Assembly: GCF_022539665.2 (NCBI RefSeq)
Contig: NC_081333.1
Span: forward strand, 11,222,001 to 11,286,000
Reading direction: 5' to 3'
Origin: Daphnia carinata
Taxonomy: Eukaryota
DNA: 64,000 bases
Part shown: positions 10,115-21,739 of the stretch, one piece after another
How positions within the stretch are numbered: the stretch's first letter is position 1
Layout of the letters: each line of letters begins with the position of its first letter
The notes under the pieces: generated by a model
The model's input: the letters and a program-made list of their open reading frames with translations, nothing else
Told to the model about the DNA's origin: nothing
The model's database searches: none
Program-made: the position numbers and the translations under genes

Positions 10115-13100
10115 GTTACAATGCCATCGAAGCATTCCGCAGCTGCTCCACTCCTTGGATTGGTTTTTCGCTTTTCAATCTTTATGCGTTGAAATTGGTT
10201 GCAGTTACATGTTATCTAGTTCTGTATTCAAAGTTTAGCAAGCTGATTATATTTTAAATACTGGTTGGCAAACTTGTTACTTAAGTTTGTAAACTTTTAT
10301 TGTGGCGATTTAAGTTTGAGAATAGCAAAAGAATCTACGATATAATGGAAACTGTTTGTTCATTTATTTGCAAAGACGTAAGCGAATTAGAGACACACAA
10401 TCAGGAATGCAAACAAATAAAGACAGCCAGGTTGGATGCGACAAATAAAGAAATCTAATTGTAAATAGTCTGAAATGTCAAGAAGGAAAAACAGATTAGT
10501 GGAGATGCAGGGCGAGCTTATGCATCGCCTCGGCTTTCAGATAAATGGAGGGCGAGAGGGGTCAGGTTTTTAAATAGTGTTTAGCCGCTTTAATATCATA
10601 AATTAATTGCCAGCACGTGTGCAGCCAGAAGACTGTTTTTTTTTTCATTGGGAAATGCGTGAAATCGGCAATCCTATTCATTCCGGATGGAAGGATTGCC
10701 GCAAAATTAAAATTACGTTGGCCGTCCTGTCGGATCTTCTGTACTGCTGATTACGTACTAACACAAACAGGCAAAAAACCACTAGAAAAATGCAGGTTGC
10801 GGTGAAAATAAATAAAAGCCTGTATACACAGCAGTAAGTTATGACGTGAGTTATATCGTGGCCGTTTCTTTATAGCTTAAGAAGCAGAGTACAACGTAAA
10901 TCCTCTGTATTTCACAGTTTACGCTCCTATTTTTGAAGAAAGGCGTCCCTCGACGTGCATTTTGTTATGCGCACTACACTAAACCTGGACAACGTTTTAC
11001 GACGTTACTCAATGATATGGAATTCCTAGCATTTAATCTAGTCTCATTTTATTTTAAGTTTAAACACGCTAATGAATTCCAAATGATAGGAGAATGTGAC
11101 CTTGCTTTCTAATTCGTTTAGGTTCTTCATGAAACTCCGAATTGCTGAGCCATTATACCTTATTAAATAGACCTTTTGTTATTAATGAATTCTTTAGGTT
11201 ATGAGAATATGTACTATAATAGAGATATCATTGTATAAGCCCTTCTTCTTTTGTCTATACAACGATTGCACAAAAGAAAGCGGCCGTGATTCTAAGTAAG
11301 TTGTTATATAGTTCATCGTAGATTATGGTGAATATGTTGAGAAAAGGATTGTTACATCGCATTAATCTCTGACGTGGCTAGCCTTAAACTTTGCCCGAAT
11401 TCTACGAACGTATTATATGCAACCCTAATTAAAAGATTGACTAAAGTATTCTCTTGCAGTGCGAACTACATTTTGTGCCCTGTCTTACCATTTCTAACGA
11501 GAAGCAATGTTTGAACGCTACAGCGGCTCCGCATTATAAACAAATTTCGCTTATTGCTTACGGGTAAAAGAGCCTCTTTTCTTTTTTGCCCATTTTATTT
11601 CATAAATTGCTTTTAGAATAAAGCCACTTTAACTATCGATTTTTTGTTGTTGCTCTCTCAGCCGTTTAAAGATCACAGCCCTGTTTGTTGTACGTGTTTA
11701 CGATAAACACAATCGCAAATCATATAGCCGTTGAAAAAGTTGGGACTTTGGACGATGAAATGGAGAACATCTGGCTATCCGTAAGAATCCCAGAGCTGTT
11801 GTGTGTAAAAATAGGCACAGGTAATTTCCCTGAAAGCTCATAAATTTTTCCTCTATACTCTCACCGACGTTTTCAATGGCTTTGTGACGATAGGTTAGCG
11901 CTTCACTTTGTTGAAGCTTTTCTTTTCCTGTTTTATCTTTTGTATTTTAAAGTTGTTGATGAAACAACTCACGGAAGAATCACACACACACGATGTTAAC
12001 GACCCTCGTTTTGCGCATCCACTCGCCGGAGTTTCTTCCGAATACTTTGGCAGTCAGAATAAACTGTGTGTTCACGAGGTCACGAAGCGCGAAATCGTGA
12101 AATAATTGTCTTTGCGTGCTGATGATTGGGTAAGAGATACGAAAGCTTCCCCTTTGACCCTTTTTAAATTATCGTTCCTTGGATGTTACGTATCCGCTGC
12201 GCTTCAAATACCCATGACTTCATCAAACAACATGATTCACATTTTTAAAAAATAAAGTAATCTTTAAAAAATATTAAAGATCATACTTAATTTCTCATTC
12301 CACGCCCTAACAAATGTGTGGGTTAGAGAAGGAGTGTATGACTCATTTAGGGAAATGAAGAGTTCGGTGAGGATTGTCAGTTGGCACCATAAAATAGACT
12401 CTATAAATCTATTGTAGTGCATCTGAATTGTCTCGATGGGCGTAGTTGGGAGAAAAACGGAGGAGGCAAAGAATTGGGGGAACGACCTAGTTGCATCAAT
12501 CTGGTTATCTCCCTCTATATAAAAGCATAAAGTGGTGGCTGATGGGGTAGTCGATGTCGTGCTGTCTCTGACACGGCGTCATGGGAAACAAACTCGGTCA
12601 ATTTCAATTTGAGGCAAAAACCCTAGTGACATTCTGTGTAAAAAGGCGGGAGGTGGTATAGGGGGGGAACGATTGTCACGGGGCCACTCCCATTTTTTGG
12701 TGGGGTAATTGTACGAGAAACAAGTCAAAAAGACTTTTAGTCTGCGTGTGGCATCCCAGCCCACCCCACTAAACGTGGGTGGTATTGAAGCTGTTGGGAA
12801 ACGGTTCACGCTTCAAACAAAAGACAAGAGAGACTGCAGTCGTGTGCTTATAAATTTCATTGTTGTTTGGGGTTGGCTCTCGGTGGGATTCGTAGATGTT
12901 GTGCGTCTACCAAATGTACAGTATCAATAAGTTATTTCATCTATTCCAGCAAGAGAGTCTTTTCTCCATGCGTTTGTTGGCAACTACGGAACCAGCACTC
13001 AGAAGCCAAAAAAAAAAAGAAGCAAAAACAGATCAAAGGGAGAAACTTGTATAGCACACAACAAACACAAACATCGATTGGCACCGACAACAGCCGGTGC

Positions 13101-16100
13101 AAAGAAAAAGGGGCTGCTCTTACATTCCTTCCGGAAGCCCTACACCCTCCCAACACAAAAAAATGTCTATATATAAAAGGATATCTAAAAAAAGAGACTC
13201 TCCGTTGGGTTGGCAAAGAGAAAAAAAAACGCAATTGAATTTCTCTTATACGCGTATGTAACTGGTGTACACTGATGTAAAACAGACGTTTCTTATATTG
13301 CTATTCGAAAAATATGTCGCAAATGTTTTACGATTGTCTAGCACAGCAACATTCTTTGCAATTTCTCGAATTGCAACGACGAAATGCTTTCCCCTTTTCA
13401 TTTGAAACGTAGAAGCACAGCGAAAAAAAAAACACGATCGATCAGTGAAAAAAAAAAAAAAGAAATATCGTTGCACTATTAAAGTTCCTCTTTCCTGTTG
13501 GCGGGTTGTTTGTTTCTGTTGGCCAGGTCCGTCTCGAGAGACTGCCGCATGGCCATCGAGGAAAGGGCCATCCGTTTTTTTCAAGATCCAGTTCTCTGCC
13601 CCCCTTTTTTTTGGATGGGCCATTTTGGCTTCGCTGTCACAGGTGAAAAAGAACACAACATCTAAGCAACTCTTGTCAAGTGGTGGGTGCTTATAGTTGT
13701 GCGTGTGGCGGTATTGGGCCCTCGATCCGCGAGCCACGAAGAGGAGCATCTGGAAGCAAATGGCGCAATGTCTATATAAACGCAACCGCCATAGAATAAG
13801 GCGGTCAATGGTGAAACGTCTCTTTAAGTGTGTCGTTGTATGAACCATAGACAACTACTTAGCAGACTCTTTAGGTAAACACGAAGTCTGCTACGTGTAA
13901 CGATGAGTGGATTGTTTTCTTCTAAAGGTATTAACTCCCACATGTTTTTTTTGGGAGGTTCCAGCCGGAGGAATCATAACCTTTACTTAAATGCGAATGA
14001 CTTGTCGAATTTGTTTTTCTAGTCATTGAGTGCAATGGGAAGAAAAGGAAATTAAAGAGAACCGAGAAAGAGAGACGAGTTTCTCTGCAATTCTCGGAGG
14101 ATTGGCGAGTTTCGGACGGAATCGAGTTAAGTTTCGCATCTTGCGCGTACACGTTTGGCATCCTCTCATTTTCGCTGTTGGTACATATCCCGCGTGTAAT
14201 AACAGGATCCTTTTACTCGTATATATTTGTCCGTTTTCCCTTCCAGATCAGTAAATTGCTAAATGTAGTTACAGCAATAACATCAATCGAAGCATTTTTG
14301 TTGATACGGGATAAAGATTGAGAGCAAACGGGAGTCGCTTTTCTTGTCGGCCATATCCATCACTTGCTGCTTGTCGTCGTTTTCTATAGTAGACAAGTGG
14401 CGGAAATCAGATCGATCATCTGACGTCCATCGATATACAATCCTGATCCATGAAAACCATAAAAAAACAAGTTCTTAAATAGAAAAGATTGTGCTAATGC
14501 GCTCCTTCTCACGGATTCAACGAGAGAAAACGATCGTTATCGATGCATTCATGAATTTTATCAGCATTTCATTCGTTAGTGCCATATCGATTTAATAACA
14601 AGGTGTCTATACGCACATCATCATCAATAAGCCTTTGCTGGTATACTAGGCTCTCAGTTTTCAATTTCTCAGTTCTTCTTCTAGATTGCATAATTCGTAT
14701 ATAGCGAAAGAAGAAAGGAGAATCATTGAAGCCCTCATCGTCTCATTCAGGGCTTCGCAGCATCTCAAGTTTCGTCTTGATGGTAATGTAATCCGATTAC
14801 CCACGGCTGCACATCTAGCGCTCTTTCGACTTGCTGCTTAAGAACGGGCGTCGGTGCTGCTGACGTTAGCTGATTAAACCTCGTTCGTAAGAACTCTTAA
14901 ACTATTAAGTCACTATATGCTGCCCTTTTTGCAATTGTTATGTATTACCAATTGACCTTTTTTGTTATAAGGTTGGCAGGGATCATCACATCGAGTTTAA
15001 TTGCATCTCTGGTTGCGTTGAATTTACTTATGAAATCATCAGCAGCATTAAAAAAAACGATCCTGCAATGGTTGTTAAATAAATTCAGCAAACTGTTGTG
15101 ATAAGAACCTGGCCAATTTCCCATATCGATTTTTAGTCCTAGTTCTGCTATTTATTTAGCCAAGAAAAACGATTTTGCTAAATGCAGCTCGGTGTATACT
15201 GGCCGAGTGCGTCTAATGGACGAAGCCAACCGTCAATCACGTTACACCACTGCACCTTCTATCCAAGGATCACTTAGTTTCTTATATTCACTATGAATTA
15301 GTGCCTGATCACGCTCAAAGAACGAATCACGCAAAAAAATATCAAGAAAACAAAACAGAAGCTTCATTCATTCCAACGACAATCTTTTCCGTTTGTTTTG
15401 CGTATTTATTTATTCCTCGGGCTCTCTGTATATAATCCGGATTTGTTGATGCAAGGCGAGCCGGCGCTTTTCCTCAATGACATGCAAACGCAAAAGGAAA
15501 AAATTGGGTCAAAATTGTTTACGGGGTACACGCACGTGTTTCGTCCGCGAAGGGAGTGTGTAAAAGAACTGCATGTGTGCATATGGATTGAGAAGTAAAT
15601 ATTTATTGAACGACACCAAACAGTGGAGAGACAAGAACGTATTTACATTCTATTCATATATTGAAACAGAGATCTCCCTTTTTTCTTAACAGTTCTTGTA
15701 TCTGTGAGAAAGGCAAATAAAAATGACGAGTTCAAAAAGCGGGCCGCTTTGCGCTCTAAAAGTCCGGACAATAGGACGCATGAGGATCGCTTGAGTAATT
15801 GATTTTATGCACGCAGTGTGTTACATAACGCATAATTGACAATCAGCGAGAGCGTCGTGTCACAACGGCCGTGCAATTTTTCTCAATTTCAATTTTTAGG
15901 ATTGACATCGCTGGAATTTATTTGCACATGAACGCAAGAGGATTCGCGTTCTTTCAGTCACTGCCTATTTGAGATATGCAAAGTGACGTGTAGGACACGT
16001 CTCAGTCGTTCTACTCAAAGAGTTGTTTCTTTGTTGGATCGTAACGTTGCCGTCACATTTTTCACTTTCGCAGTTGATTATTGATTTCCGCTGCGTGATC

Positions 16101-19100
16101 TCATTTCTTGCCAGCGAGTTTAAGAAGCTTCAGGCAAGATTTCCAGATTCCAACATCCTTCATGTATAAGAGACTGGATCAAAAGCGAACAGTAAAAGTT
16201 ATGCTTACGAACCCCCACAAAAAATAAGAAAGGGTGTATCAAAAGTGGTACAATCTTTAAAAGGTAATCACACAACTTTTAGGGAATGTGTATCGCTCTT
16301 TTTATTTTTCGTTCTCTATCCTTTTCATACGAGTCACGTCTCTTCGTCCCAGTTACACGATTGTTTGAAAAACGCCTGGCGCGTGACGACCTTTCTTTGA
16401 CTTTTCAAGTTAACATGTATCAATTATAGATGATCATCTTTTTTTTTTTTCTAACTGCGAAAAACAAAAAAATTAGTCTGGTTCCATCCTTTCAACTGCC
16501 ATACGCATTGATTTATCTTTTGCATAATGAAAACGGACGCGTGAGGAAGCCAACACGAGAAAAGAGACACTCATCGTTCTCCTTCAGATACGAGAATATT
16601 TTCAAATGGATACGGAAGATAGTGAGCGTCTAGGTTGTCACGACCAGTTTTTATTTATTTGCTCTTCTTGATTTGATTTCGATATGTTTACAATATTGAA
16701 GTCAGCCAGCTGACAGTTGTTGGCGCCTCGTTTTGATAATGCACCACGTTCTTCGAGGCCATCTTCTATATAATACAAGAGGGCAGTCTGCTGTTCAAAA
16801 ATACATTTCAGAATTTAAAGATTATGAATATATAGATAAGGTCGCTTTATACAGTTGAAATCGACTGCAATAATGCTGTGGGAAAGCCTCTTGAAAAGCA
16901 TTTCCACCCTTTAATGTTTTCGAGTGGATATTGTCCATTTTATTGCTGGATTACATCACGGTCCGCGTAACATCATTTTTCTCTTCATAAAAAGCTGTGC
17001 ATTAAACGAATTCTCACAAATTAGACAACAGATTCTTTGAACCATACTTTTGTTCGTCAGATATAGTCGACATCGATTTCCTGCAGACTTTTGCTTGTCC
17101 ATATGTTTTTATTCTTAATTTTATGTGTGTCATTCTTCATTATACAACTCTGTTGTGTACATGTAGCTCTTCCTCCGCATTTCTTTTATACACGCGTTCT
17201 TTTTTTCAGGGATTGCTCGATCGATCCAATGTGGGCTGCCTCATCTGCTCAATCACGATACATCTATTGTCCAAATCCGACAATCCCCACTTAATATAGA
17301 CGTGCACAAACGACTGTCGTTAGATCCTTGCGGAAAAAAGCTTTATTCCTCCCCTCGAAGCCGTCGATGACCACTCCAAAAGGCGTGCCGAAAAAAAATT
17401 CAATCTGGTCAACATTTATAGTTACACTGATATACGTATGAAGAATTATTAGCAGCTTTCACGGTCGAATCATACACATCATCACGTTAAACGCTGAAAA
17501 TCCGAGTGTTCAAAAGAGAACAAAAATGATAAATGGCAAAAGGGCGGGATTCTTTGAGTTCGCTGCCTCTCTTTGTACGGTCTATTATGTGTGTATGTAT
17601 GTAAATTTTTTATATGCGGGGATATAGATCTTTTAGCCATTGTCGCGCTTTCGGTCGTGCAACACGCGCTTCAAAAAAAAAGTGGGTTTGCGTGCGGGAA
17701 AATACAAGAAAGAGACAGCCCTCATAATGACGTTTTCCAAGAGGATATTTTAAAGATTCAGCACAAAGAATAAAAGACACACAAAAAGGAGACGACACAA
17801 GGACTTGAAATGACGCGATCATGTCGGCTCGCCATATCGTGTGGAATAAAAAAAAGACTCATCTTTTATTTTATTTTTTTCTAGCCCTTTGGGCTGCAAT
17901 GTTTTTTGGCCTTTTATCGTCGTCATTCATCATCAAACGAAGAACTCGACTTGTTTTTCGATTACAACAAAGCAGTCCCATTCTTCGTTGCTTTCACTAT
18001 CGTAAAAAACTGAAATCAACCTCCCTTTTTTTTCTCTGCTCGTCCTGGTGTTTAATCAATAATCGTGCACTGCAGCAGCTGTCGACTGCCTGGTGAGCCA
18101 TATCGCCAAAAAAAAAAGAAGAAGAATACCTAACGCACACGCACGCACAAATGGAATGAGAAAAATAAAGGGAATGACCCCCGTCCAATAGAACACGAGT
18201 TAAATAGCGAAGACCATGGCACCATACCGTATGATGAGGCGTGTCGTTCAAAACTAAGAGACCTCTTTATATGGGCCGCGATTATGTTTCGTGCGTATAT
18301 ATATATTATCTCTCCATCCTTTTAAGCCACTTTCTGCTGACTAGTGGCCCATCTCTTATTGACCCGGTGTTAAACAACATACCCCGCTGAGCTAAGGCAG
18401 TTTCGATTGCAATGAATTGTGAAAATTCGCCAACAGTTGTTGGAGATAATCAAGCGACGAATTGAAATATGTTTAATGCAAGCGGGAGCTAACAACGTCT
18501 AATTGATCATTAGCACCGTCTGTTACGCGTTAAAAGGCGACACGGCCAATGGGTCCCAATTGTTTATCCCGTCTATGGCAGAATATTAAAGAACGCCTTC
18601 CCTAAAGATTTATCTCTTCCACGTACATCGCACATTCAGTGCTACATCGGGAAGCGAGGAAAAAGAAGAATCAGTATACTATGCACTCTAATGTAGCATG
18701 AATGGAAAAAGGTTACGCGTTGCTGGGATTCATTACGGCGTGCAGACGGGTACGTATATTTACCTAAGGCTTTTAAGATGATTGCCACAATGAATTTCGC
18801 CTAGCAGATCGTTATTACTTGCAATGCGTGCGAAGGGTGTTCAAGAAGGAGGCGTGTTTTTCGATATTTAATGAGCTCCGAAATGCGTCAATGACTTTTA
18901 AAACTCGGGTTTCATGCAAAGAGGAAAGAGGAACCCGTATTGCTGTTATTTGCTGATTTATTGAAGGCCAAAGGATTCAACGTAATTCTATGCGATTGTC
19001 GATGTTGCAAAATATTCGAGGACTTGCCATTGTTTTGAAAAAGAATTGCAATCAATCGATTGGCGTTGAAATGATTTCCGTAAACACTCGAAATTCCTGC

Positions 19101-20127
19101 ATCGTCATTCATTGGCGCTAGTAAACACGACAACAACCACGCAATCAAAATAAAAAGTCTTCAATTTACAGACACACGCACATATGTATGCAAATTTATT
19201 CATCATGCAAATAGCGAATTCTTTGAGGCGGAATGGCGCATCGTCATAATTCGTCCCTACCCATAAAAAAAATGCAAATGTGTGTCGGATCAAAACTTTT
19301 CGGGACAGTTCCTTTGATAACAGTCCAGACGACATGTCATACACTGTGCAAGTTTTCTATAGACGATACATACAGAGTGTGGTTTTAACGAGTGAAGGTA
19401 TAGCTGAACGCATTTGCATGCAGTTGCCGTGCTAGTCGGTGTTTGTACATAAATCCACTTTATTTATTTAAACAATTGGCAAGTTTGCAAAAAAAGAAAT
19501 TAATATTTTTGTATTCGACCAACAATTTAATTTTTGGATTTGGACTTTAAAAAAATTGCAATTTTTATTTCTGTTTTGAAGGGTGGAGAACTAACTAGCA
19601 TCTTACACACTTCAATTTGTTATAGCATTTCCGCCTTTATTTTTGGAAAAGAAAAGGGAGGCAGGAGGTCATTACGAAAGTAGTTATTTCTCTAACGACG
19701 GGCGAATTTAGTGAACATATTGGATATTTTTTGGTGAGGGTGGGGAGAAATTCGGGACCTGTCCGTAACGGCACGCATTTAGCCGATGGTTATTACGCGT
19801 TCAACCGACGATATAGTCACAGCGGCATATGTGTAGTATGAAAAAAAAAAAAAAAACTTATGAAAAACACATTTGATGTTTTTCCTGTTCATGGAACATA
19901 ATTAAACGTACACACACAAAATACCCTCGTGTGCTTTTTTTTTTTTCATCAATATTTTTCCATTTCCTTTCGTTTTTTTTTCAACCGCCGCCACAAACTT
20001 TAATGGCGTCCTTGCGGTCGACATACAACAGCGTCGTCCAAAATGATTTCCATGAGAAAAGCAACAACGTATCGCCTTCCGGAATCCGCCCGGCAAGCAT
20101 GCCGCGCAAAACAGAAGGCCAAGCTTG

Positions 20128-20141
20128 GTTACTATGGCAAC
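20128..20141. promoter_or_regulatory. RFX X-box motif
   Basis: GTTACTATGGCAAC fits the GTYNCYATRGNAAC X-box consensus. Confidence 0.55.
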
Positions 20142-21739
20142 CGCGTAAATCCCGATTGTTTGCTTGTCTGCTTTACTTGCCCCGCGTATCTTGCAGGAAA
20201 CACGTCCTCCAATGTTTGGTTCTCTATACGATCCATTAAAATAAAAAGCAAACAAAAAACAAAAAATATATATATGTTTTTAAACGGATCCGGTCCATAC
20301 GTCTCCAACCAATAAAACGCACATTCAAGGACGTTGGTCAGTTTGAAGTTCTTGGTCGAGTGGATTTGGTCAGATGAAATATGATCGTCTTTATAAACAA
20401 TATCTTTTTTTTTTCCTTATTAAAAATAAAAAATCCAAAAAAAAAAATACGCGTTACTAACAGCTTTGTACAAGATGGGCAAAGCGGCGCCTTCCAGAGA
20501 GTTAAAAAAGATTGCGGCTGTGACGCAATGCGACGTTCAACACCGAGTCCCTGCCGCCCGTCGCATTCGAATTCTCTCATTGCTTTGTGTGTGTGCGTGT
20601 AACGAACGATGGGAAGGCTAGACAAGGAAATTAATTACGCGTGTGTGGGGGAGGGTAAATACACACGCGGGACGCCCATCATCGACTCACTTCCTGGAGA
20701 AAAAAAAATTCTCCTTACAAACTTTTTTTCCCCCTTGTAGGTATTTTATTATATTAACCCTATTAATCCTTCGACACTGTGGCAGCCATTACCGACAGCT
20801 GTTCAAGTTTTCTGTTCTTTAAAAAAAAAAAATTATTAAAACAGCCCAGCTCTTGCGAGCGATTTAAATCCTGTAAATAAGTTGAGCAGCCATTTGACTG
20901 ATTCGTTTGGAAAAAAAAAATATGGCTATCGGAATCTATTAAATTGAATTGTGATATGCAGTGACCTTTTTTGGCATTTGAATAATGGACAGTTATTGCT
21001 CGAAACAGTGGAAATAAAGTTTTACAGCACATCCACGTTTATTAAAGAGCTAAATATACAAGATGGAATGGATATAAAGAGACATGGTATTTTTTGTTTT
21101 GTATACAGTTGTTCTAATGGAAGAGGAGCAAGGGGAGGAACAACAGCATCAAAGTAAAAACAAAAAGAAAATAGAAAAAATGTCTGTATTTCCTTCGAAT
21201 AATTACCGATGGCACGTCTCACTTTCAGCTTTTGACTCTTCCAGCTCATATCGTTCTCGTCTTATGTACACGCGCAATAGCTTCGGATTCAATCGGACTC
21301 ACTCCGCACTGTCATCACATTTTTTTTTTCTATGTACATATTTTCACATTGACAGTTTTAAACTATAAAGAACCACGAAAATACATCGCGCGAAGGAAAA
21401 AAAAAAAAAAAAAAACGGGAAAAACACAGGAAAAAAATGGTCACATTTTTTTTTGTAGGAGTTTTGAAAATAATTTTAATGCAAAAAATGGAATTAAACA
21501 CAAAAAAGGAAAAAATTACGTACACACGCACACACATAGTATAGACACATCTCCAATAAGACGGGGTGTGTACGAATCACACATTCAACGTCCCAGTCTT
21601 TTTTGTTTGTTGTCCAGGTCTGCCAAAATGGTTCCGTCAATTATATATTTCCTGCAGGCTAAATTGCCTATTCACTTTCAAATTTTGTTGTTGTCGTAAG
21701 GCACACTTTTCTATTTAAATTCCCCTCCCCCCTTTGTTT

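Noticed and set aside
11908..21699. Numerous 60-200 aa ORFs rich in F and K
   Set aside because: Products of A/T homopolymer runs, mostly with TTG/GTG starts and no coding signature.
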